Assembly: GCA_038850615.1 (NCBI GenBank)
Contig: JAWCLR010000002.1
Span: 1,798-65,797, forward strand
Source of the DNA: Candidatus Woesearchaeota archaeon
Lineage (GTDB): Archaea > Nanobdellota > Nanobdellia > Woesearchaeales > ARS49
Direction of reading: 5' to 3'
DNA: 64,000 nucleotides
Positions 18,570 through 26,565 of the stretch are shown piece by piece. Position 1 is the stretch's first letter; each line of letters begins with the position of its first letter. Made by a program: the position numbers and the translations under genes. The notes under the pieces were generated by a model that did not search any database, was not told the DNA's origin, and worked only from the letters and a program-made list of their open reading frames with translations.

Positions 18570-19229
18570 TTATTTTGTGTATTCTATTGTGTAAATCGTG
18601 AGTGCGGAGTTTTCTATCTCCACATCAAGCTGAATGTCTTGCGTGTCAAGATTTTGGTTGCATGTTTTCACGCACGCTGCAGTGAATGTGCCGTCCTTGT
18701 TGATTTTGACGAGGTCCTTGTCAAACAGGAGTGTCCTGCTGTTTGGAGTGACTGCGTAAACGCTGACAAATCCGTTTCCGTCAACTTTTCCGCTGATGCT
18801 TAATGATTTTGGCACCGCTTCGAGGTGCAGTTGCCTTGATTCTGATTCCACAAATGCCCAGTTCAGGTCCTGCACAACTTTTTCTTTTGGGATCATTGTT
18901 ACTGCGCCGAAAACAACCGGCTTGAAGAACACCATGAAGCTGAACAGGACGAGCAGGATTGCGGCTGCTATTATGTGTGTTGTTGCGTGGATGCTTGGCT
19001 TTGGCGGGTTTTGTATCGTGTTGTAGACTTTTACGAGCTGGTCGTATGCGAGTTCCTTGTGCATCGGGTCAAGCTTTGACGATGCGATTTCTTTGTAAAT
19101 GTCAAGGAGTTCGCTGTATTTGGTTGTTGCGCCTCTTATGTCTTTGTTGTCAATGCAGTCCTGGGTTTCGTGGTATTTGTCAACAAACCTCTGAACAAGC
19201 TCTATTTTTTCTTCAGGAATAATAATCAC
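18570..19229 (-). CDS. single-pass membrane protein with extracellular beta-rich domain (219 aa)
   Basis: ATG ORF. Helical N-terminal part, TM helix HIIAAAILLVLFSFMVFFKPVVFGAV, then a beta-rich C-terminal domain. Confidence 0.7.
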   Translation of the reverse strand: MIIIPEEKIELVQRFVDKYHETQDCIDNKDIRGATTKYSELLDIYKEIASSKLDPMHKELAYDQLVKVYNTIQNPPKPSIHATTHIIAAAILLVLFSFMVFFKPVVFGAVTMIPKEKVVQDLNWAFVESESRQLHLEAVPKSLSISGKVDGNGFVSVYAVTPNSRTLLFDKDLVKINKDGTFTAACVKTCNQNLDTQDIQLDVEIENSALTIYTIEYTK

Positions 19230-19253
19230 CTATTGTTTTTGTTTGCAATCTTC

Positions 19254-19261
19254 TATATAAA
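19254..19261 (-). promoter_or_regulatory. TATA box candidate (leaderless 19229 gene)
   Basis: Reads TTTATATA on the minus strand, 24 nt upstream of ATG 19229. Confidence 0.45.
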
Positions 19262-19281
19262 CCTTTTCTATTATTTTTTTC

Positions 19282-19380
19282 GAACCGCTGAATGAGGTGA
19301 GGAGCAAGCGGAATAAAGTGAAGCGCAGCGACGAACCGAATTCGCGGTGAGTGTATTGTTCGCCCGCAGGCGCCTGAAGT
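19282..19380. repeat. GC-rich intergenic element, copy 1 (possible ncRNA or MITE-like insert)
   Basis: A ~100-nt GC-rich block inside an AT-rich spacer, bracketed by TTCTATATAAACC at 19251-19263 and 19398-19410. By eye it is ~65-70% identical over ~95 nt to the reverse complement of 34265-34375. Shared blocks: AGCAAGCGRAAT, AGCGCAG, CCGAA, GTGAGTGT. Confidence 0.5.
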
Positions 19381-19458
19381 AAGTTTTCTATATAATTTTC
19401 TATATAAACCAGTTGTTTGGCAAAAGCTTTTATACTTTGCTTTTTGACAATTGTTTTC

Positions 19459-19596
19459 ATGAATGGCAAATTGCCTGAAAGGCTTCCTGCTGGGGTGTTA
19501 TGCCCTAAGTGCAGGAAGCCGTTGCAGTTCATTGAGGCATCATCAGAGTATGTTTGCACGAATTGCGGGTTCAGGCAGCCAGTAAAAAAGGTGTGA
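19459..19596 (+). CDS. zinc-ribbon small protein (45 aa), not in ORF track
   Basis: Translation: MNGKLPERLPAGVLCPKCRKPLQFIEASSEYVCTNCGFRQPVKKV. It has CPxC...CxxC, and the stop lies 3 nt before ATG 19600. Confidence 0.55.
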   Translation: MNGKLPERLPAGVLCPKCRKPLQFIEASSEYVCTNCGFRQPVKKV

Positions 19597-19599
19597 TTA

Positions 19600-20196
19600 A
19601 TGGCAAAGAATCTTCCAAAAGCCCAGCGCGTGGGGGTTTTTGTTGAGGTGCAGAAAATGTATCATTCGGAGATAGACATGTATAATGCAGAGGTCACGTT
19701 AAAGGCGTTGCTTAATGAGGCGGTTCAGGGCAGGACTCTTGTCCGCGCAATAGCGTATGTTATTAGGACTGAGGATGTTGGGAGGGAAGAGTTTTTCAAG
19801 GTGCTTGAGAACATTGGTTATGAGGTGAAGGGAAAGGACATTCAGGTTTTTGTTGACGGCTCAAAAAAAGGGGATTGGGATATCGGCATAGCGATGGACA
19901 TGATTGAGCTTGCTCCAAGGCTTGACACGCTTGTGCTTGTTTCAGGTGATGGGGATTTCATACCTCTTGTTGAGCACTTGCAGCGCGCAATGGGTTGCAG
20001 GGTTGAAGTGATTGCCTTTGGCAAGAGCGCCTCAGGAAAGCTTAAGGAAGTGGCAAACAACTTCATTGACCTTGATGAGAATCCGAAAAAGTTCCTGATA
20101 TCGCGGGCTGCAAAGCCAAGGCCTGTTGCTCCCGCAGGACCTTTGGAAACGCATCATGAGGGGATTGGGCAGAATGCTAGAAGTCAGCGCAGGTAA
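19600..20196 (+). CDS. NYN/LabA-like (DUF88) domain protein, putative RNase
   Basis: VFVDGSKKGDWDIGIAMDMIELAPRLDTLVLVSGDGDFIPLVEHLQRAMGCRVEVIAFG matches the NYN/LabA acidic-residue pattern. Confidence 0.85.
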   Translation: MAKNLPKAQRVGVFVEVQKMYHSEIDMYNAEVTLKALLNEAVQGRTLVRAIAYVIRTEDVGREEFFKVLENIGYEVKGKDIQVFVDGSKKGDWDIGIAMDMIELAPRLDTLVLVSGDGDFIPLVEHLQRAMGCRVEVIAFGKSASGKLKEVANNFIDLDENPKKFLISRAAKPRPVAPAGPLETHHEGIGQNARSQRR

Positions 20197-20488
20197 TTTC
20201 AAGAAAGAGGTGCTGGAAAGCAAACTGCCTGTTGCTGTTGATTTTTGGGCAGGATGGTGCGGTCCGTGCAAGGCAATGGGTCCTGTGTTTGAGAAGGTTG
20301 CAGAAGAGCTCAAGGACCAGATTAAGTTTGCAAAATGCAATATTGATGACAATCAAGGCCTTGCGCAGGAGCAAGGCATTATGAGTATTCCGTGTGTTGT
20401 TGTTTACAAAGACGGACAAGAGGCTGGAAGGATTGTTGGCAATCAGTCTGAGGATGCATTAAAGCAGCAATTGCTTGCTCTTCTTTAG
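20174..20488 (+). CDS. trxA: thioredoxin
   Basis: WCGPC active site (FWAGWCGPCKAMGP). ~104 aa from ATG 20174. Overlaps the NYN gene by 23 nt. Confidence 0.9.
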   Translation: MLEVSAGNFKKEVLESKLPVAVDFWAGWCGPCKAMGPVFEKVAEELKDQIKFAKCNIDDNQGLAQEQGIMSIPCVVVYKDGQEAGRIVGNQSEDALKQQLLALL

Positions 20489-21264
20489 TGGGCGTGCACC
20501 ACGAATTTTGTCAGCGCCCACATTACGCCGATTCCAAATGCGAAGAATATGAACTGGATTATTGCCTTCTTGAATTTTTGTTGCTGGTGGAGTTCAGGCA
20601 GTAGGTCAACGCTTGCTATGTAGATGAAGCCTCCTGCGACGAAGGGAAGTAGCCAGGGGGTGATATTTTCTACCATTGTTGAGAAGAAATATGCAATAAC
20701 AGCGCCCACGACAGCCACAAGCGCGCTGAAGAAGTTATAAGCAAGTGCTTCAAGACGTGAAAAACCGCCGTAAATCAGTATGCCAAAGTCGCCTATTTCT
20801 TGCGGTATCTCGTGAAACAGTACTGCGAGCGTCGTGACAATTCCAAGAGGGATGCTGACGAGGTAGCTTGTTGCAATAATTACTCCGTCAAGGAAATTGT
20901 GCACTCCGTCTCCGATGAGGTTCAGGTATGTGAACGGCAGCTTGACGTGGTGATGGCCGCCCCTGATGTGGCTGTGGCGCTCGCACCGCATACTATGACA
21001 GTGGTACCAGTAAAGGAATGTTTCTATCACGAAAAAGAACACGATTCCCGCAAGGACCAGTCCGAAAATGCCGTCTTCTGCATGCTCAACTGCCTCAGGA
21101 ATCACGTCAAGGAATGCAGCTCCAAGGAGTGCTCCTGCTGCAAAGCTTACGAGGATGAAAAGAATGTTGTTTAGTGCTTTTTTGCTAAGTGCGAATGTCG
21201 TAACACCAATCAGTGAAACAACGCTGACTATGAATACTGATGCAATGATGTAAAGCAATAACAT
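20485..21264 (-). CDS. ZIP family divalent metal transporter
   Basis: HEIPQEIGDFGILIYGGFS signature, a His-rich loop (HCHSMRCERHSHIRGGHHH), and a multi-TM profile. Confidence 0.9.
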   Translation of the reverse strand: MLLLYIIASVFIVSVVSLIGVTTFALSKKALNNILFILVSFAAGALLGAAFLDVIPEAVEHAEDGIFGLVLAGIVFFFVIETFLYWYHCHSMRCERHSHIRGGHHHVKLPFTYLNLIGDGVHNFLDGVIIATSYLVSIPLGIVTTLAVLFHEIPQEIGDFGILIYGGFSRLEALAYNFFSALVAVVGAVIAYFFSTMVENITPWLLPFVAGGFIYIASVDLLPELHQQQKFKKAIIQFIFFAFGIGVMWALTKFVVHAH

Positions 21265-21351
21265 GTTTTGTTTTGTTTGCGTGATTGGTATAAAAGGTTT
21301 TTGCTTTGTTTTTTGGAAAAGATTAAAAACAAGCTAAACCCCATTGGCGTT

Positions 21352-22014
21352 ATGCTTAGGCTTCCTCTGGTTGTTGTCAACTGCAAGGCGTACGAGAATT
21401 GCATTGGTGAGGGTGCTGTGAGGATTGCGAAAGTTTGTGAGCGCGTGGCAAGGCTGACGCAGACAAGTATTGCTGTGGCTGTTGAGACGCCTGATATTTA
21501 TCATGTCAGGATGGCTGTGCAGATTCCTGTTTTTGCCCAGCACGTGGATTCAGAAAGCCCGGGTGCTCACACAGGGGTTGTGCTTCCTGAGTCAGTCAGG
21601 GATGCAGGGGCTGTTGGTACGTTGCTTAATCATTCTGAAAAAAGGCTTGCGCCTGCTGTTCTCTCAAAGTCTGTTGAGCGCGCAAAAAAGGCAGGCTTGT
21701 TGACAATTGTTTGTGCTGCAAAGCCGGGCGAGGCAAAGAGAATTGCAGGACTAAAGCCGGACCTTATTGCGATAGAGCCGCCTGAATTTATCGGTGGCAG
21801 TGTTTCTGTCAGTACTGCAAGGCCTGAAGTCGTGACGGAAACAACAAGGGCAATTAAGGATGTTCCTGTCCTTTGCGGAGCGGGGATAAAGACCAAGGAG
21901 GATGTTGCAAAAGCAATGAAGCTCGGAGTCAAAGGCATTCTGGTTGCTTCTGGAGTCACGCTGGCAAAGAATCCTGAGCAGGTATTGAGGGATTTTGCGC
22001 TTGCAATGCGATAA
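21352..22014 (+). CDS. tpiA: triosephosphate isomerase (archaeal type)
   Basis: VVVNCKAYE...LLNHSEKRL...IAIEPPEFIGG...VLCGAGIKTKEDV. ~220 aa from ATG 21352 (the ORF track starts at 21268). Confidence 0.9.
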   Translation: MLRLPLVVVNCKAYENCIGEGAVRIAKVCERVARLTQTSIAVAVETPDIYHVRMAVQIPVFAQHVDSESPGAHTGVVLPESVRDAGAVGTLLNHSEKRLAPAVLSKSVERAKKAGLLTIVCAAKPGEAKRIAGLKPDLIAIEPPEFIGGSVSVSTARPEVVTETTRAIKDVPVLCGAGIKTKEDVAKAMKLGVKGILVASGVTLAKNPEQVLRDFALAMR

Positions 22015-22023
22015 TGCCTGTTT

Positions 22024-22623
22024 TTATTTTATTTTCACGAACACCTGGTTTATTCTGTCATAAACTTCCTTGTTTGCAAGCCCGCACTCTCCTCCTGGGT
22101 TGTTTGGAAAGACGCAAACGTTAAAAACCGCAAGTGAGTTCCTTGGGGTTGCTTCTGTGCTGCTTATCATTGTTCCTGCCCTTATGCGCAATGGCACAAC
22201 CTCGTACTTGTTGCGCTCGATTGTTATGGGTCCTAATTCCTGGAAGCCTCCCAGCCATTCTCTTTCAATGAGTTCGGGGTCTGGAAAGACATCTAGCCTG
22301 TACCCTTTGCTGTCATAAATGCCTTCAAAGTCGATGCGTACATAGAATTCCTGTGTTTGGTGTATGTTCCTTATGCCGAGACCGAAAACAGCATCCTTGC
22401 CCGCAGGCGCTGCCTTTGTGTTTATGGGTATTGCCACCAGTTCTGTGCCTTCCCTTAGCATCGCCTCAATCTGGTCTCTTGTCTGCTTGTCAATTCCTGC
22501 CTTGATTTCCTCAGCCCCTGCAAAAATTTTCCAGACGAGCGCTATTCCTCCGATAAGGATGATTATGCTGATGATTACGACGACAATTACCGTCAGCGAC
22601 AGCTCAAGTCCTTTCTTGTTCAT
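22024..22623 (-). CDS. archaeal type IV pilin-like protein (class III signal peptide), 199 aa
   Basis: N-terminus MNKKGLELSLTVIVVVIISIIILIGGIALVW. Paralogous layout to 24497..25129. Confidence 0.75.
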   Translation of the reverse strand: MNKKGLELSLTVIVVVIISIIILIGGIALVWKIFAGAEEIKAGIDKQTRDQIEAMLREGTELVAIPINTKAAPAGKDAVFGLGIRNIHQTQEFYVRIDFEGIYDSKGYRLDVFPDPELIEREWLGGFQELGPITIERNKYEVVPLRIRAGTMISSTEATPRNSLAVFNVCVFPNNPGGECGLANKEVYDRINQVFVKIK

Positions 22624-22634
22624 ATCAGTTCACG

Positions 22635-24008
22635 TTACACGTCCGGGTTCAGGAGCACGACTTTGCCCAACTGCTTTGTGTAGTCGCCCTGCTTTGTTTG
22701 CCCGTCCTGGACGTACTCGTACCAGACCCTGAGAGCAAGGCTGCGGTCCTGCTCCAATGGCCCGCCAGCTGGCAGGCTCAGCTCAACTGTTTGCTTCTGC
22801 CCTGCTTCGGTGAATTCCTTGCCTGCGCTCGCAAATGCGATTTCCTCAGTTCCGTCAAGCAGGCGTATGTCCTTTATCTTTATTGATGCGACATTTTCCT
22901 GCTTTGTGTAAATGGAGAATTCCAATGCAAACTTGTCTGTCTTTGTGTTGAAGGGCCTATTGTACTTGTAGGTGTTCTGCATGTGGAATGCGTTGAGGTC
23001 GCGGTCATCAAACAATGATTGCGGCTGTATGGTTATTCCCGGCTTCATTTGCGCAACGCACTTGTTTGCAATGCAGCTGAGGGTGAGATAAGTGCCTCCT
23101 CCTACGCATGGTCCGCAGTCCTGCGGGCAGGTGCACTTGTTTTCCGAGCCGTCGCACATTCCGTTTCCACATGCGCCGGCTATCGGTTCATTAATGCAGA
23201 AATAGTTCGTTTCAGGACCGCAGTAGTCCCTTGTTCCAGGGTTTTTATCATCGCAGCTTGTGGGGCAGCCCGCCGGCTTTTCAGGTCTTGCCCACACGAA
23301 TTTCAGCGCCTGGTAATTGTTCTGCAGTACTGCGCTCTTTGGTGTTGTTGTTGTGCCTGATGTCAGCACATAATCAAGGTATATTTTCAGCAGGAGGTTT
23401 GTGAGCTCGCCGTCAGGGTCTGTTGTTGGGAAGTCAATGATTAGCTTTTCCTTGGTCTTTCCTGTTACAAAGAGACTTTTGCTTGTAACCTTGTCAGAAA
23501 GCGGTATTGTTCGCTTGTCAGGGGTTGTTCCTGTAAGCTCAAGGCGGGTTATTTTGAGGTCGTTCATTGTTGGCGCAAGGAAATTTATGCCGAAGTCAAG
23601 CTCAATCTGGTCTTTTTTTATGTTGAACGGCTGGTTGAATGTTGTGGTGACGCTTATCTTGGTGCCTCCTGTCGAGAGCTCGCGGGTTGTTGTTATTGGC
23701 TTTTGTATGGCTGGCGGAATGTCCTGCACGCATTCCTTTTGCGCATTGCAGGATTGGACAAGGTATTTGCCTATTTTGCCTTCGCATTTTCCGCAGTCCT
23801 GTGGGCAGCTGCACTTGTTTTCCTCTTCCTCGCACTTCAGGTTGCCACACTCATTCGGTATGGGTGTGTATGCGCATTTTTTGTCAATACACTTGCCTGT
23901 AAAGTGGGGTTTTATGCAGTCCGCGTCCTTTCTGCATTCTGCTTTTGTGCAGCCCACAAGAACTATGAGCAGGACAATAACCGCTATAACTGCGTATTTG
24001 CACCTCAT
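22635..24008 (-). CDS. Cys-rich putative lipoprotein with internal duplication (457 aa)
   Basis: Signal peptide with a lipobox-like LVGC. Two copies of the module CGN.(K/M)C....ENKC.CPQDCG.C (aa 54-75 and aa 280-301), each followed by a beta-sandwich-like region. Confidence 0.8.
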   Translation of the reverse strand: MRCKYAVIAVIVLLIVLVGCTKAECRKDADCIKPHFTGKCIDKKCAYTPIPNECGNLKCEEEENKCSCPQDCGKCEGKIGKYLVQSCNAQKECVQDIPPAIQKPITTTRELSTGGTKISVTTTFNQPFNIKKDQIELDFGINFLAPTMNDLKITRLELTGTTPDKRTIPLSDKVTSKSLFVTGKTKEKLIIDFPTTDPDGELTNLLLKIYLDYVLTSGTTTTPKSAVLQNNYQALKFVWARPEKPAGCPTSCDDKNPGTRDYCGPETNYFCINEPIAGACGNGMCDGSENKCTCPQDCGPCVGGGTYLTLSCIANKCVAQMKPGITIQPQSLFDDRDLNAFHMQNTYKYNRPFNTKTDKFALEFSIYTKQENVASIKIKDIRLLDGTEEIAFASAGKEFTEAGQKQTVELSLPAGGPLEQDRSLALRVWYEYVQDGQTKQGDYTKQLGKVVLLNPDV

Positions 24009-24069
24009 TTTACACCAAACTGGCAGATGTATGTATATAAATATTACTTAAAAGAACTTCTGCAAATGC

Positions 24070-24273
24070 TTATTGTTTCGTGTTGTCTATTTTAAGCCAG
24101 TCCATCATCGGGCACCAGCCTATAAAGCTTTCAACCAGCGCAATTATGCCGATGATGACAATCAGCATGTTTGCCCATCCGCAGTGCCAGAATCTTGGCG
24201 CCAAAGGACCAAGCAACCACAGCGCTAGGATAAACCTGAGTATTCGGTCCAGTTTTCCAAGGTTTTGTTTCAT
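24070..24273 (-). CDS. DUF2892/YgaP-like small membrane protein
   Basis: GKLDRILRFILALWLL...ESFIGWCPMMDWL pattern. The start overlaps the upstream stop as TAATG. Confidence 0.65.
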   Translation of the reverse strand: MKQNLGKLDRILRFILALWLLGPLAPRFWHCGWANMLIVIIGIIALVESFIGWCPMMDWLKIDNTKQ

Positions 24274-24494
24274 TATCTTAGCCTCTCAAATTCCGATATT
24301 ATTATCCAGGCGAACAAGAGCATTATTATTGCCCCTGCTACTATGAACCACGCCCCTTCTGTGAATGTTGCGGTGATGCTTTTGTACAATCCCCAGCCGA
24401 TGAATGCAGTGCCGAGCCAGAGGAATTTGTCAAGCACGAGCTTCATTATGTCAAATTCCTCTGAATGCGTCAGCCTTCTCTTGATTTTTGCCAT
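24273..24494 (-). CDS. small two-TM membrane protein (73 aa)
   Basis: ORF 24273..24539. ATG 24494 (MAKIKRRL) lies 2 nt after the stop of the pilin-like gene. Confidence 0.55.
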   Translation of the reverse strand: MAKIKRRLTHSEEFDIMKLVLDKFLWLGTAFIGWGLYKSITATFTEGAWFIVAGAIIMLLFAWIIISEFERLR

Positions 24495-24496
24495 TT

Positions 24497-25129
24497 TCAG
24501 CTCAGTATTATGTGGAAGCGCTTTGACTGCACGTCCCAATCTGCCGTGACATCACAGCAGTTGACTCCTTCTTCGCATTCTGTCTTGCCTTGGTACACGT
24601 TAAGCTTCATAAGGTAAGTGTCAGGGTCTGCAGCCCCGATCTGGAGTGTTGCAGGCGAGACGGCAATCTCATTGCCTGCGACCTCAAACTCGGACAGCAA
24701 TCTTGGGAACCAGTTCTCTCCAGGATTTGGGGTCACTCCATTCTCGTCTTTTCCGCCGACAACAACATTATTGCCGCTTGGCGTGCACGAGTGCACGTCC
24801 TCCTTGAACGGTTTTTCGCACTCTATTGCAATCCTGAAGCATTTTGTCCTTGCTGCATTATTGCGCGCTCCTATGTGGAACTCAAACCTTTCGCCACGCT
24901 TGACCTCAAGTTCTGCGCCCTTGCTCATTACGACAAGCTCCCCTGACTCTTCCATATTTTTTCTTAGCTGGTCTTTTATTTTTGCCAGCTCTGTCGTGAA
25001 AATCTCTGTTCCGCCCTTGAAAAGGTTCTTGATGAACACTACGGCAAGCGAAAGCACTGTTATTGCAATGATTAGAACAACAATTGCAGTTATTGAGAGC
25101 TCCAGTGCCCCTTTCTTGTTAAAGCGCAT
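24497..25129 (-). CDS. archaeal type IV pilin-like protein (class III signal peptide), 210 aa
   Basis: N-terminus MRFNKKGALELSITAIVVLIIAITVLSLAVVF. GAGGTG Shine-Dalgarno sequence 5 nt upstream of the ATG. Confidence 0.75.
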   Translation of the reverse strand: MRFNKKGALELSITAIVVLIIAITVLSLAVVFIKNLFKGGTEIFTTELAKIKDQLRKNMEESGELVVMSKGAELEVKRGERFEFHIGARNNAARTKCFRIAIECEKPFKEDVHSCTPSGNNVVVGGKDENGVTPNPGENWFPRLLSEFEVAGNEIAVSPATLQIGAADPDTYLMKLNVYQGKTECEEGVNCCDVTADWDVQSKRFHIILS

Positions 25130-25264
25130 ATTGCACCTCTCTTTTGTATAAGTGCGGTGATAACCAAATGCGTTTATAAACTTTTCCTTGCCGTTCTTCT
25201 CGCGGGCATCACAAAGCCTAAAGTTCTAGAATAGTGGTCCTTTTTGCCACTACAAAGAATTATA

Positions 25265-25633
25265 ATGCAAAAGGCACTTTTTAATGTCATGGACCAGCCT
25301 GAAATCATTAGGCGCGATGGAAATACTTATGTTACGGTTAAAGTTGCCTGGCAGACGCCAATTCGGTGCATGACTAAGTTTTATGAGGAGCTCAAGAAAA
25401 TCCACGAATCAGGAAGGAATCTGTTGTTCAGGCATGCAGGAGCATGTGAAACATCGTTGCAGTCAGATGGCAAAAACATTTTTGATTTGCTGTGTGTCAT
25501 TGCAGGGGGAACCCTTGAAGTTATGGTGCAGGGCGAGGACTTGGTTGCTGAGAACATTGCAAGACAGATTTATTCAGGGCTGACGTCCCCAAACAGCTGT
25601 GAATTTGACATGCACAGGTATGACAGAAAGTAG
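25265..25633 (+). CDS. hypothetical protein (122 aa)
   Basis: The ORF track starts at TTG 25244; the first ATG is at 25265 (MQKALFNVMD). No motif recognised. Confidence 0.6.
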   Translation: MQKALFNVMDQPEIIRRDGNTYVTVKVAWQTPIRCMTKFYEELKKIHESGRNLLFRHAGACETSLQSDGKNIFDLLCVIAGGTLEVMVQGEDLVAENIARQIYSGLTSPNSCEFDMHRYDRK

Positions 25634-25669
25634 AAATATTTTTATTCCTTGATTCACTGCCTGCTTGTT

Positions 25670-26362
25670 ATGAACAAGGTTGTACTTGTAACAGGTGGCA
25701 ACACAGGGATTGGCGCTGCAATAGTCAAGGCATTTGCCAAAAAGGGATATTTTGTAATAATTCATTATTACGAGCTTGAAAGTGAGGCTGAAAAGCTTGC
25801 TTCTTCCTTGAAAGGAAATTGTGCAATTGTCAAAGGGGACATCACTGAGAAAAGCACCGTCGAGGCATTGGTGGAAGCAGCGAAAAAAATGGGCAGGCTT
25901 GACGTGCTCGTGAACAATGCAGGCATTAACGTGAGAAAGGATTTTCATTCCACTGAGCCGAATGACTTGATGATGTCCTTCTCGGTTAATGCCATTGCGC
26001 CTTTGCAGCTCATGCAGGCTTTTGCGCCGTTGCTGAAAAAATCAAAAGGCGCAGTGGTTAATATCGCCTCAATAAGGGCAGAACTGCCGAGAACCGCAAA
26101 CATTGCTTACGGCGCCTCAAAGGCAGCGCTTGTGAACCTGACAAAGTCAGCTGCAAAGGCCTTGGCTCCTGAAGTAAGGGTTAATTGCATAAGCCCAGGC
26201 CCTGTCAAGACAAGAATGCAAACAACGGACGATAGGAAAAAGGAGGTTCTTTTCGGCAGGCTTGCAGAGCCGTCGGAGATAGCAGATATTGTTGTGGCAG
26301 TCGCCGAGAACACGTTCATGACTGGCTCAAACGTGATAATTGACGGCGGGGCTTTGTTGTGA
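25670..26362 (+). CDS. short-chain dehydrogenase/reductase (FabG-like)
   Basis: TGGNTGIG Rossmann motif, NNAG, and the YGASK catalytic Y-x3-K. Confidence 0.9.
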   Translation: MNKVVLVTGGNTGIGAAIVKAFAKKGYFVIIHYYELESEAEKLASSLKGNCAIVKGDITEKSTVEALVEAAKKMGRLDVLVNNAGINVRKDFHSTEPNDLMMSFSVNAIAPLQLMQAFAPLLKKSKGAVVNIASIRAELPRTANIAYGASKAALVNLTKSAAKALAPEVRVNCISPGPVKTRMQTTDDRKKEVLFGRLAEPSEIADIVVAVAENTFMTGSNVIIDGGALL

Positions 26363-26534
26363 ATAACTGATGCGTTGTGAAGAATTCATGACCAGTGCAT
26401 GTTAATTGCAACTTGCCTGTTGTTGCAGCAGAAATCCATGAGGGAAATGTTTTCTTGCTGACGTTCTCAGGCTTTTAGGAAATAAGAGCCTGGCGGGCGC
26501 CATTAATCTTCTGCAGAGCAGTACATCAGAAAAC

Positions 26535-26542
26535 TTTATAAA
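26535..26542 (+). promoter_or_regulatory. TATA box candidate (rpl10e, leaderless)
   Basis: TTTATAAA lies 23 nt upstream of ATG 26566. The 16-mer TTTATAAACACCTTGT is identical to 58619-58634. Confidence 0.5.
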
Positions 26543-26565
26543 CACCTTGTGGGCGGATAAGGGAT

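Noticed and set aside
19230-19559. 109-aa minus-strand ORF.
   Set aside because: It spans two TATA-like boxes and the GC-rich repeat, and it overlaps the better-supported plus-strand zinc-ribbon ORF. Its composition is implausible.
22024-25129. Complete type IV pilus or archaellum operon.
   Set aside because: Only pilin-like subunits are present. No FlaI/PilB ATPase, FlaJ/PilC platform protein or prepilin peptidase motifs occur anywhere in the 64 kb.
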